A DNA stretch of 64,000 bases, from the NCBI GenBank assembly GCA_002633005.1, contig NMRA01000069.1, positions 1,059,786 through 1,123,785 on the forward strand, read 5' to 3'. Below are positions 25,889 to 38,520 of this stretch, piece by piece. The notes under the pieces were generated by a model. That model was not told the DNA's origin and did not search any database. It was given only the letters and a program-made list of their open reading frames with translations. How positions within the stretch are numbered: the first letter of the stretch is position 1; every line of letters starts with the position of its first letter. Position numbers and translations under genes: made by a program. The DNA comes from Phoronis australis (lineage: Eukaryota > Animalia > Phoronida).

Positions 25889-28800
25889 ATGGAAGAGAGA
25901 AGATCATCAGGAAGGTGAGACGCAATTCCTGGCTTGTTTTGAAATGTGTCGAATTTCCGAAAGTGTTGTAAACCACTTTCATAAGGCACGACTCTGACAC
26001 TGCAAGTGACAGTTGCTTTGGCATTGCTTGAGATGCTGCTGTGTACAGTGGCGTATCCTGGCGGTCTTGGGTTAACTGGAATTCTTCTCTTTGCTTTGTG
26101 CAATAAACTGGCCGTCTTTAAAAAAGACACCACGTGTTTGGTATAGCAACCACTGAATATCTTGGCTACTTTTTGGTGTTTTCTACTTCACTTCAAAAAT
26201 GTATTCAGCGTTTTAACTGTCTTGGTGCACAGGCGTCCTCAGCTTCTGATCGTCCCCAATACACTACATATAATACTACAAGGTATGACACTCCCGACTA
26301 GAAATTCCACGGGTGCTTCACTTCAGCCATCCATATAGCAAACATACAACTCAATAAATTTACACAAAACGGGTTCAACAAACCATGAAGAATTGTTCTT
26401 TCTCCCAATACCATTCACGGTGTCCTGTTATGGCGACTTCGTAAGAAATTCGCAGTCAAAGAACAAAAATGTTCACAAAAAGCCCCCACACACGTCCCTG
26501 GGCCCGTCGAGGTCAAGGACGGTACCGAAATTGCCGGTGAGTTACGGAAGTAGCGACATCGTGACTTTACGCGACAAAGCGGCAATTTCTGTACCGTCCT
26601 TGACCTCGACGGGCCCAGGGAGGACGTGTGTGGGGGCTTTTTGTGAACATTTTTGTTCTTTGACTGCGAATTTCTTACGAAGTCGCCGTAACAGGACACT
26701 GTGAATGGTATTGGAGAAAGAACAATTCTTCATGGTTTGTTGAACCCCTGTTTTGTGTAAATTTATTGAGTTTTATGTTTGCTATGGATGGCTGAAGTGA
26801 AGCACCCGTGGAATTTCTAGTCGGGAGTGTCATACCTTGTAGTATTATATGTAGTGTATTGGGGACGATCAGAAGCTGAGGACGCCTGTGTCTTGGTGTT
26901 GGTGATAATTAGAAAACAACGAAGTTGCAGTATTGGCGCGTTGTGTCCAATCCACAGGCGTCCTCAGCTTCTGATTGGGGGCAATCAGAAGCTATACACT
27001 ACATATAATACTATGTACGAGGTATAACACTCCGGTACTAGAAATTCCACGGATGCTTCGATTCAGCCGTCCATATCAAACACATAACTCAATAAATTGA
27101 CACAAAACAGGGGTTCAACAAACCATGAGCAATTGTTCTTTCTTATAATACCATTCATGGTGTCCTGCTCCAGCGAGTTTGCAAGAAATTCGCAGTCTAA
27201 GCACAAAAATGTTCCCAAAAAGCCCACAAATAGCTCGCACTTTGATGGTTGGAGGTCAAGGACGGTACGGAAATTAACGGTTTGTCACGTAAAGTCGTGA
27301 TGTCGATAACTCTACACTTAGCCGTCCAGCTGTAACTCATTGGTAATTTCCATACCATCCTTGACCTCGAACTGGCAAAGTGCAAGGTATGTGTGGGCTT
27401 TTTGGGAACATTTTTGTGCTTTGATTGCGAATTTCTTGCGAACTCGCTGGAGCAGGAGGACACCGTGAATGGCGAATAGAAAGAACACTTGTACTGTACA
27501 TGGTTTGTTGAACCACTGTTTTGTGTAAATTTATTGAGTTATGCATTTGATATAGGCGGCTGAATCGAAGCACTCGTGGAATTTCTAGATCCGAATGTCA
27601 TACCTTGTAGTATTAAATGTAAGGGACGATCAGAAGCTGAGGACGCCTGTGGTCCAATCTTAGGTCATCAATTCAAGGTCGAGCCCTTCAAAAAGTTCCA
27701 GGTCTGAAAATGTCCGATGCTTATCTTATTTCAAGGCGGCATTCGATATTCTACTTTTAACGTACTAGTACCACAGAGAGCTGAAGCCATCGGCACTTCT
27801 GGACAAAATTTTGCACATTTTGATCACAGCACCATAAGTATAAGTAGGTAAGCATAAAGTAAAACATTTATTCAACTTCGGTGTGGCTTTCACTTTTTTT
27901 GGAAAATTGCTGTTACTAGCTGCTTCCTGCAAAACTTTCGAGATCACCATTATTAGTCAAACAAAGCGGTCCTTTGAGAACCAGGAAATCACTGAATAAC
28001 GGACTGTTATTTAGTGGATGAAACCAGTTTTGCATGTCAGAGACTGCGATGCTCGACCAGTGCCTTCAAAATTTGAACTCCGGCCATTGCTAGCATTTTT
28101 ATAAAAAAGCTTCGCACGAGCATCAGACATGCATCAGCTAGTGCATCTTAGTCCTCTCTGATATTCCCTCACGGTCATTAGCACCTGTGCTACTGTTCTG
28201 TTTCTTAATCTTTCACACAGATGTAAAATTAGCATTTTGTTTACTTACTCCAAGAAATCTCCAGTCACAGATTGAGAAACTCATTTCTTTGTACTCAATG
28301 TGGATGCAGTTTGAACATCTGCTGTGGTACCAGTGTGAAATCCTTGGTTGACAGAGACAAGAAGTACCAATAAAGGGATTTATCCCAGGTTACTGAAGTG
28401 CAGCTGACTTTAAATCTGATCAGTACATGAAAACACAGACAAAAGTGCGTGTCAGTATTTTTCATTGTTTTTCTTTGGGTCTGGAAAAATAATCAAATTG
28501 CAAGAGGATTGAAAAACGGATTGTGTGGTTATACTTTTAAAACCTGGAATAGAAAATTTAAGTCATAGATAAAAGGTTCCGCTGTTCATTTCCTTCAGAA
28601 CTGGGGAAAGTTTAGTGGGTCAATCATTCTCATTTTTACCAAATACGTGCCTTTGGGGTATTTTAAAAAAATTTCCTTCCACACAGTTGTTTTCTGTATA
28701 TCTGGTTCTCATTTGCACAATTTCACTTGACTTTTGACATTTTCATTTAATGTAATCTTTGCTTATTGCTGGCAAAAATAATGGGCAAATAACCCTTATT

Positions 28801-31800
28801 GTGTTAGTTTTGTTTTTTTAAAGGCTTACCCTGTTGCGAATTATGAAAACAGCCAAATATTTTTTAATGTATTAGTCGAGCTTGGAATGTACTCAAATTC
28901 TGTAAATCTTTGTTTGCTAGGAAGTATGGTTCAATTAAAATTTCATTTATCTGTCGAATTGTGAAATAAATGTGTGATGACTTACCATATTGTTTGCAGG
29001 GCTCGTCGACCAATACATCGAAGCTTTGAAGAAGATGGCTGGGAGTGCAGCGTGTGTACGTACAAGAACCCACCAGAGGCCTTCAAGTGTGATATGTGCG
29101 AGTGTCGCAAGGGAACTGCGACGAGGTAACGTCACTTTCTGTCCATGTCTTGTGTTGAATGACATGTTGCACTGATCATTTCTTGCGTGTAATAAAATTC
29201 AGATTTATGAGCATGTTCAACTTGATTTGAATATTAAATTTTCAAAATGATTCCTTTTGATAGCACTTCGTCCGTAATTGAGCTTGTGTATTGCTTTAGT
29301 GAACAGTTCTTATCAACCAAATTCCAGGAACATGGAAACTTTTCCTTACATTTCTTTCAATCCATTTCAATTCAAGGCCATATTTTCATTTTCGATGGTC
29401 ATTTACTCTACTCAGGAGATTTGTACAGGACAGAATCCATGACTGCTTACACATTTTGTGTTAGAGTCTGTCCACTAGCATTGGTGTACAAGCTCAGTGC
29501 AGGATTACTCAGTGTCGCAATTGGACTGACGAGTCTGGTCCGAGTATTCATGAGGTTGGTCATTGCATTGTTTCCGCTTAATGGAATTGTCTTTGTTTCT
29601 GTGCCTACTAGCCAAATATTATTTCAAATAGATTTGCTGAATAGACATTTTCAACTTCCAACCAGGACAATGAATGCTGCCACCAGATGGCACTGAAGGA
29701 AATGTATGTCACACTCTTCTTTTCCAACAGGAAGCCTAGGATCAACCAACAGATAGTCACCATACAACAGGTGGCGCAGCAGTTTGCTCCACCTGCGCCA
29801 AAGAAGGAGAGAAAAGAAACAAAACATAGACAACCAGGGAACAGCAGCAGTAGTACACGCAAGTCCAAGTATGTCAACATATAGGAGGTTTCTCTATTAA
29901 GCCCTGTTCGCACTAGGTGTTTTACCTTAAGGCATATTAATCTTGGAAGGAGTTGTTGACAGCTTTAGAGGAAGGAAGCATCAGTGGCTGTGTAATGAAA
30001 AGTATAGAGTGACCCCTCTGAAGTACCAGGTTATTTGGCCAGATTTTGCTTTCGGTATCGGTCCAGATTTTAGCCAAGCTGTGTTAAACTCATCTTAATT
30101 TTCGCTTTCGTCGTGTTAGGATAATTTCAAGGGATCTTTGTTTACCTCCACGAAGTTCCTTATTGTTCTAAAACACTGTATACTTTTCAAAAGTAAATGT
30201 CTTGTAATCAATTTTATGCATGAAAAATGAGTGCAGAGTTATCACAATTCTATTTAGTGATACGTTTTATCTTCATTCATTAATTTTGAGAACTAGTTTT
30301 CTCCTCTGAATAACGAGCATCAAACTGGTTCTCAAAGTACATGCATAATTGCACATTATATATCCAACTGTTGCCCAATAAGTTAGGGTGAACCTATTTG
30401 CTTACTATTGTTTGCACACCTCACACTCGCACTGAGATCAGATATCTAGACTTTTAGCTAAACAGTGAATCTGCGTGCTGATTCATCAACTCCTCAATAA
30501 ACATGCAATCACAAACTCACAACATCTTATGCAAAACTCGCTTTTAGTGCCTAATAACCTGTCTTGGAACGTACCTAGTTGAATCTATTTTGATGCCCCC
30601 ACATATTTATATGTGGACGCATTATGCCGTCATCTCCGTCCGTCCGTCCGGGCGGTGTCCGGCGTCCGCTGCTTTATCTCCAAAACCCTTTGACATACGT
30701 TCATGAAATTTAGCACATATGTTCCATTCATGAATGGGACGGCATGTGCGAACTTTCGGACGGATCCGACTACCGGTGTGCCCCCTAGTGGCAATTTTAT
30801 TTTTTTACGCTTACCTTTGTACCTTCAAAAGTCCTGAACGGATTTTCATGAAATTTGGTATGTAGGCACCTATTAGTGAGATGACGCTATCCTGCCGTTT
30901 TCAGATGGATTCGACATAGTTTGCGCCACCTTGTGGCCATTTTTAGTGTTTTCAAGTCTGTTTTTGTGCGTCCACCCCTCTATCAACCAAACCGCTCGAA
31001 GGATGATTGTGAAAATTGGCATGTATATGCTTACTATGTAGAGGACGGTTGACGATGATTTTCCGACGATTTCGACTACTGTGGCGCCTCCTAGTGGCAG
31101 TTTTGTTTTTTTGCGCCTATGGCTGTATCTCCTAAACCGTTCGCAGGATCTTTACAAATTGTGTAAGTATATTTATATGATGTTAACAACGGAAGATGAC
31201 GACTTTTGGACGGATCCGACTACCGGTGTGCCCCCTAGTGGCAATTTTAGTTTTTTACGCTTACCTTTGTATCTTCAAAAGTCCTGAACGGATTTTCATG
31301 AAATTTGGTATGTAGGCACCTATTAGTGAGATGACGCTATCCTCCCGTTTTCAGATGGATTCGACATAGTTTGCGCCACCTAGTGGCCATTTTTAGTGTT
31401 TTCGAGTCTGTTTTTGTGCGTCCACCCCTCTATCAACCAAACCGCTCAAAGGATGATTGTGAAAATTGGCGTGTATGTGCTTACTATAAGGAAGACAGCT
31501 GACAATGATTTTCAGACGATTTGGACTACTGTGGCGCCTCCTAGTGGCAGTTTTTTTTTTTTGCGCCCATGGCTGTATCTCCCAAACCGTTTGCAGGATC
31601 TTTACTAAATTTAGCAAGTGTATTTATGTGATGTTGACAACGGACGATGACGACTTTAGGATGATTCTGACTACCGGTATGCCTCTAGTGGCAATTTTAG
31701 TATTTTACATTGACCTCTGTATTTTCATAGGTCTTCAGGTGTATACTTTGTGTTACTTCGTGACTATGAAGGAAAAGTTCCAAGTAGAAATTTGTTTCTG

Positions 31801-32943
31801 GCATTCTAATGCTGTGCTAATCTCGTATGTTGGTAAATTTGTTTTTAATTCTATGTTTCTGTGGTGCTTTAAGCAACTGATGTATAGGATGTGCTTGTAT
31901 TATGAAGATCACTCACATTTTGCCCCTAGCCTATTGAGGAGACAATGACCATGCCTTTCCATTTTGCAAAGTACAACATACTACATATATGCCCTCTACT
32001 GGCCACTTTATGGTACCAATAAACAACCCTAGAAGGATACCGTATGCGGTGCAATTGTGGGCGCATTTCAACGCTCTGCGTTGCTCTTGTTTTGGTCCGT
32101 GCAACGATGGCTTGTTGCGTGTACTCACTGCAGTTAATGTTTCCTCTAAGTGCAAAAAAGTTATAAGTTTTTGCTAATGGGAGGATTTGAAGTGTGAGCT
32201 TAGTGAAGTGCGCAGATGATCATTTCACGCAATGTCCCTCATGCTCACCTCTTGCTTTTTAGCTGTTTGAATTGAGCCTGTGATCAGCACATGAAATTGT
32301 TCCCCTTTTAATAACTGAAATGGAACTTTTATTGTGGTGATATAGCACGGTTTTCAGAATGAATGTGATGTTATTGTGGTCTTGTCTGAATTAATTCCGC
32401 ATTATCGTGCCTCGTCACCTAGTCCTTAAGTGAGAGTTGGCTTTTATGTGGACGCTTTGTCTGGGGCCTTCTGTGAAAATGACGAAAGTTAGTTACCATA
32501 CATAGAAAAATGCAGTATGAAGAGATGGTGAAAAGTCACAAAAATTTTCACAGGATGAATTATAAAAAACCCGACTCATGTTGCGCAAAAAATGTTACAA
32601 ACAAATGTTGCTTAATGTTTACTTTCGTCATAGAAAGTGAAAATATATTGTACAAATACAAGTTATTTACATCAACGTTTTAATTTTCAGACATCCGAGG
32701 TTAAAAAATATTGATAGAAGCAGTGGACAAACTATGGAGGTGACTGTCAATGGTGTTACGGTTGTAGTGACTGACTATAAACTGAAAAAGGAACGTCGGA
32801 CCACTGGCGAAACGTCCAGTGCTAGCCATAGCGGGCCGACATCGCCGCTGGCTAAGGAGGAAATGTCAGACAATAGTGATTCAGTTAGGCTCAGTCATGG
32901 CGTGAAAGACGAACAATTGTCTGGCTCGGAGGATAGCATGTGA
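25889..32943 (+). CDS. YAF2: RYBP/YAF2-family Polycomb PRC1 subunit (RanBP2-type zinc finger plus YAF2_RYBP domain); exons 25889-25914, 29000-29125, 29731-29868, 32691-32943 (180 aa)
   Basis: Spliced product MEERRSSGR/ARRPIHRSFEEDGWECSVCTYKNPPEAFKCDMCECRKGTATR/KPRINQQIVTIQQVAQQFAPPAPKKE.../HPRLKNIDRSSGQTMEVTVNGVTVVVTDYK...; W-x-C-x2-C-T-x2-N-x6-C-x2-C finger and PRLKNxDRS...EVTV motif. Probably the single invertebrate co-orthologue of RYBP and YAF2. Candidate AATAAA signals at about 36215 and 36707 imply a long 3' UTR. Confidence 0.95.
26228..26890. mobile_element. 663-bp foldback MITE, almost wholly palindromic, 8-bp TSD TCTTGGTG
   Basis: Arms of over 300 bp are near-perfect reverse complements (CACAGGCGTCCTCAGCTTCTGATCG...CGATCAGAAGCTGAGGACGCCTGTG); TCTTGGTG at 26220-26227 and 26891-26898. 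Confidence 0.95.
26953..27651. mobile_element. 699-bp foldback MITE of the same family (more diverged arms), 8-bp TSD GTCCAATC
   Basis: Same CACAGGCGTCCTCAGCTTCTGAT termini; GTCCAATC at 26945-26952 and 27652-27659. Confidence 0.95.
30588..31730 (+). mobile_element. Non-autonomous Helentron-type element (HINE/DINE-1-like) with an internal tandem array (~150-bp subunits, 450-bp higher-order repeat)
   Basis: Starts at a T-run with a short palindrome (CCCACATAT..ATATGTGG), then a (TCCG)n microsatellite and core repeats; 30761-31210 is repeated at 31211-31660. The 3' end is not clearly defined. Confidence 0.75.
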
Positions 32944-35655
32944 TCTCATATGGCTATAATTAAGGAAGGCACGTGTTGGAGAACTTTTGTGAAACAATGT
33001 TGAATTGTGTAGCCACCGGACCACAGTAGTTTTACAGAAAAGTTCATGGAATTTCTTCTCGTAGAAATTTTTGAAGCAAAAGTGTCCAGCTCACTTTTGT
33101 TGATAAATGATTAGTGTTATTTTTTCTTGTTTTCCGAGTTTTAGTCGTAACTTCAATGAAGCCAGGTGAAACTGGACGAAATGTGTGAACTTTTTTAGCA
33201 ACTACTGTACACAGGTAATACGTAGCTGGGCAATAAGTCTACAGAAGGAACGAGATTGTGTGAAAGTCTGTTTTGTATCCAACCATGTATTTTGATGCTC
33301 AACACACAGAGACATTCAGTATTGAATTAGATATAGTCTGAGTGGAAACCTAGCTCACAAGCTATTGCACCTGGCAGTGTGTAGACGGACTGTGAAGAGA
33401 TCAGATACATGGTGGCGGATCTACATGTAGGATGTCGGAACTGAGGGCCAACCACAATTTTTTAAACATAAATTTTGTGTGGTCCATCAATGCGGCATGT
33501 TGTTCGTGTCTTGAGATGCGTGACCCCTTGGCTTCCCCAAGTCAGCCCCTGCTAGTGTTTTGTATATACATATATGTCCTAGAATAGTGAGACTTTGGCT
33601 CTACAGCTTTGAGGAAACCATACGTTGCCATGGTAACATTGTTACTAGGATACGCTCAGGCTTTTTTGTGCTCTACATGTCTCTTTGTTCATGAAATGTG
33701 CTACTGGAACTTCTGCCTATGACGTCAAGGTCTTGTTATTTAAATATCATTCACAGACAGGCTGATCAAAAACATGGCTGACAAACACCATTGTTCATGT
33801 TACCATTGTCCTGCATTCAAGACATATGACTGGCTTGCCTTAAGTATTAAATGTCAAGGTTTGCTTGCCTGGGAGTGATACCGCGCCACGCAGACAGAGA
33901 GTGTCTAGTTACAGAATGCTTTTTGATCTGGATGTGTCATTGGTCTCGAAAAATTGTGCTTCGTGGCTAATCTTTTCCAAGTCATAATTTTGAACGTTCA
34001 CCTTTGAGACTATACCTTCATGAAATTGGAGTCACCGATGAGCAAATAATAGTTATCAACAGCCCCTAGGGGTGGAAACGGTTCCAGGGCCATGCCTCTA
34101 AGTTCCGGCTTTCATTAAGCCCTAGTCCTGGTCCAGAAAACATCAAACTCTTGGTATGAATTCCATACCCTTGCCCTAAACTTCACACGTTCTGAAATAG
34201 CTCCCTGTGACCAATCTCTGTACCTTGTGACCAACTCCAGACTAGAACCATGGGTCCAGATGAAGAGTCTGGTTCCCAACTATGAAGTTTGGCAATTGGG
34301 TAGAGAGAATTTTTAGCTCGCGTGTGGAGTTAATGGGCATGGGTATGGAATACTGTCGTATGGGCTTGGTGCTTGCTTGGCCTTTACTGGTCTGGGACTG
34401 GGGATTACAGGATCATATCTGGAAGTTAGAGACACAGCCATGGAATCGTTGCTGCACCCTTATTTTTTCTGGGACCGTTTCTGTATCCTGGTATTTTGTT
34501 TAATATTTCTGTAATTGTTGTTTTTGCTGCTTTGTATTTCAAGTCTTGTCAGTGCTTTATGCTTATTCAAATGGTAAATTGGTCATTGCTAAAAGTGAGG
34601 TGTTGAACAGTTTGTCAAGTAGGAACAAAACTCCCTAATTTGATCTTCGAAAGTTTGTATCGAGATCACACAACTCTTTGGAAATTTAACCTAGTTCATT
34701 CAGACACTTTTTCTAAATTGCTCAGTTTTGAAATACAGTGTCTTTTACCATTAAGGGTTTGCATTTTGTTTTAAAGTGTAGAGTTGAGTTGCACAGAAAC
34801 TGACCCCTCCCTAAGGGTTGATAGTTGTTATGATAAAGACATTGTACTCGAAGTCAAATTCAAAATTATTTTTGGTATTCGCTATTTTTATTTGACCTGC
34901 GTGAAGCAATCGAGAGTAATGGGTCAGGAGTGTTATTGTTTACGCTTGTCAGTTTCTAGTCCAAGGTTGCACTGGATGACCCGTACATTTGGTCTACAAA
35001 CTACTAAAAACTTGAAGTTTCGAGTCAGACTCGAACTGTTGGTCTTAATTCTGTGGTCATCGAAGGCAAACTAGATTGGAAAGTTATTCACATAAGCCGT
35101 TGTGTATTCAAACACAGAATAATAGACTATTGTCTTGAGTTTGCACAAAGGTAGAATAGAAAATGCCCCAAATAAGTTTTTAGTTCGATTTCGAGTAAAA
35201 GATTAGATCCAGGTCCCTGGTTGTTGTAGATATCTTGAAGATGCAGCTCGTGAGTTTGGTGCTATAAGGGTGTCTTCAAAATGGTCATGGTTATAACTTT
35301 CGCGGCAATGGTTGTAAAAAGTCCTTGACTATGAACACTAGTTATTGATTTTAATTAAATTTTCAGAAAGTTATGATCATGCCCATGATTTCGAAACTGT
35401 TAAATATGTGGCAGTTGAAAATGTGTTAGCGGTGTCGGAAATTATTGACAACAAAAATGCACTTTCACGTGAAAATCTGTAAAATTTTGCCTTCATTTAA
35501 ATCTGACATAGCTTCAAGGTAGTCTGTTGAATAACTCTTTTCTGCAGAATGAGCCAAAAATGTAACCTTAATGTACTTTACTTGATCTATTATAGGGATG
35601 AGTCTCATTTTTTTGTTAATAAGCAGAACAATGTAATTTGCACCCCCAGTGTCCA

Positions 35656-35850
35656 CGGGCGGGTCCAAGATTTTGAGTAATGGGGGGTCAGGGCACAGGA
35701 ATAACCAGTATTTTGCCTCACACACACGCCCAGCTTAAAAGTGTAGGGATGTAGGGGGTCTCGAATTTTTGGATTTTTGGACCTTATTACTAAAAAAAGT
35801 TTGTTCTAGGCCTATGCATTGTGCATTCACCCCCCAAGCCCCTGGGTGCT
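35656..35850. mobile_element. Dispersed repeat (hAT-like MITE fragment), homologous to 39494-39721
   Basis: Shares GGG(C/T)GG(G/A)TCCA(A/G)GATTTTGAGT, CAGGGCACAGGAATAACCAG, GGGGTCTCGAATTTT and GGCCTATGCATTGT blocks with the 39.5-kb copy. Confidence 0.7.
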
Positions 35851-36737
35851 AAATAAGTAGATTTACATTGACCCTTATTAGTTGACCTCATTAATTGTTG
35901 AATTGTGCTCAGAAGTAGTGTCAATATTGGAGATCATTGGTATCACATAAAAATTATTTCCTATGGCATATTTTTGGGAAAAATCATTCATAAAAATAGT
36001 CTATAATCAGAATGGCAATGTTGTTGAACCAACCTTGTAAGTTGTGGTTCTTTGCTTAAATTTTACCTCAATTTTGTATCTCAGATAACTCCTCACTGAC
36101 CAGTATACAATGTGTCCTTGTGAGTGAGACTTGAGCCACACCTACAAGTGAAGCACGGTTTATTATGACTTTTCGATTTGTTAATGTCTGCATTGCACCT
36201 CACTAATATGCAACAATAAAACTTTATTGCATGCAGAATGAGGAATGTTGGAATAATCTCAATGTAAAAGAACGATTAATCTGGCAGATGGGTAAATGTG
36301 GAAGGCCCACAGAGGTCGCTGTGCTATTCATCGCAGTTGATGATTTTGGCTTCTTCCACGTATCGGAGCTGTGTCAGTGTCAGTAATATTGGTACCGCTC
36401 TTCTCCAAATGAGAAGACAGTGATTGGGAAGGAGTCCATGTGAAATTACTAATAGAAATGAATTTTACCTCCAGTGGTGAAGTTAGATTCGAGTCAGTGC
36501 TACTGTGTGCAGTGTTTTTTGCACATGCTATAGGTACGTGAACAGTGGTCCCGCGACGTGTTTGAATCTGTTACTTTGAGTTCAGCATGTATTTGATTTG
36601 TTCATTTTTATATTTGCATTGTGATGGAAAGCACCTAGGAAATTAAATTGCTGTGAAAATTTGGTGGTGTATTGTCTGAAAAGGCCAAAGAACAAATTAA
36701 TTGTTGAATAAAACATTAAAATTAGTTGGTTGAAATG

Positions 36738-37030
36738 TTTTTATGCGCCCACCTACTTACATGTGGGTACACATTGCTGTCATCTTTTTCTGGGCATCCG
36801 CGGCTGTCTCCTAATGCCCTTGCAGGATCTTATTGAAATTTGGCCGACGACGAGTTTTGCACCGACCCGAATACCGCTGTGCCCCCTAATGACAATTTTA
36901 TTTTTTTTTACGCTTGCCTCTGTAATTTCTGACTTCCGTGACGGATTTCATGAAATTCGGCAAATACGGAGGCGATGACACCATTTCATTTTCAGACGGA
37001 TTTGAGGAATTTGACGCCATCTTTCGTAGC
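36738..37030 (+). mobile_element. Second, short and degenerate copy of the HINE-like element
   Basis: TTTTATGCGCCCAC..GTGGG hairpin start, plus GCAGGATCTT, GTGCCCCCTAATGACAATTTTA and CGGATTTCATGAAATT blocks shared with 30588-31730. Confidence 0.65.
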
Positions 37031-38119
37031 ACTCGGAAAGAGTGTACTCCATATGTTAAAGTTTTAGCCAATCAGAGCACGGAAATAGCAGTGATTGGAC
37101 AATGGAGCTTATTTTTGTTGCTACAAAGCATACACGATGTTAGACTCCATCGCCACAATTAATCACCTCCAAACTGATTAGGCCTATCATGATCTCACCC
37201 ACGGGGGGGGGGCTCCAAAGAGCCCCCATTTTGCGAAGTGGGCAATAAGATCCGCCTCAAAAAAACAAAAACTCCGACAAAAAGTAGAAAACGAGACAAA
37301 AGTCCACTACAAAGACAGGAACTACCGAAATTCGACGAATTTACAATTGTTGTATCTGAACGTATCGGCCGTGAGTGTTACTACTAAAAAGTGCACATTA
37401 TCTGTGACGTCACAGTTATAAAGTTTCTCATAATCTCGCGTTATTGTTATAAACTCGCAAAAGGCCTATTCGAGCTCCCCATTTTTAACCAGGCTGCCCG
37501 GGGTGCGCGCATGCCTATGTGCGACAATGTGTAGATACAAAGTGTTAGTCTGTTAAGTATTAAAATAAAATTATCATAACATAATCATATTTATTCAATT
37601 CCACCACATATTACACAAGATATTTAAAATAGTAAGAAGACAGACTGCCAGTACGAGGCTCCTTGAAACTGTGGCGTTTCCATCCAGCTGGAATAAAAGA
37701 GAAAACACATAATTTTGAATTTCCAAATAATGTTGACAGATTCATACATTAAAAATTACACATACAAATTGAACCGAGCATTACGGCGTGTTCCCGTTGC
37801 TCCCAACTTGTTCGATGCTAGAGCCGCCCAAAAACAAGTTGGGAAGTTTACCCCTGTAGCCAATATCTTACACGGACTGGCATTTTTGGTTGGAGGATCA
37901 GCTCTCTTTTGTTCGATAATTGCTCTAATCTCCTATAAGATCAGAGTCTACCCTGACTGGGGTGTGCTGTTCAAAACAAAGGTCAAGTTATAACAGATTT
38001 GAACACAAACCAATAACATTTCTGAAATTTTCGTCAAATGGTGATCATATTTAGTTTTTGAATCGCCAAAATCGTTCAACTGCAAACGAATTAACGACAA
38101 TTTATTCTTTCAGTTCCGA

Positions 38120-38520
38120 ATACACCAATTCACTCTGAGTTTTATTGTGTTCACACGTGGTCTGTAATAAGCCTGGTAGATAATTGGCCTGCTTGTTGTC
38201 ATAACAGACAAAAGAGTGTGCTTGGCAGTTAACAACGAAGCTAGATGTTATCACACGCTCAGAACCCCTTCGTCTGGTAAAGTCATGTGAACGGGATAAC
38301 GCTGTCATGCTTTCCGAACGTACCAATCTCTCGCTTTGGGTTTGACTGTGTTCACATGAGGTCTGTAATGAGCCTGGTAGATAATTGGCCTGCCTGTTGT
38401 CATACCCGGCCAGACAAAAGACTGTGTTTGACGGTTAACAAAGAAGCTAGAAGATGTTATCACACGCTCACAACCCTTTACGTCTGTGGTAAAGTCACTG
38501 AAGGAAGTGAACGCCGTCAC
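38120..38520. repeat. ~200-bp tandem duplication
   Basis: GTTCACA..GGTCTGTAAT.AGCCTGGTAGATAATTGGCCTGC and GATGTTATCACACGCTCA each recur at about 200-bp offset. Confidence 0.8.

Noticed and set aside
26393-27573. Mirror-image ORFs on both strands (for example SCYGDFVRNSQSKNKNVHKKPPH)
   Set aside because: By-product of the palindromic MITEs; no transposase motifs
31081-31948. Several 68-147-aa ORFs in YAF2 intron 3
   Set aside because: They fall in the tandem array of a non-autonomous element and show no recognisable domain
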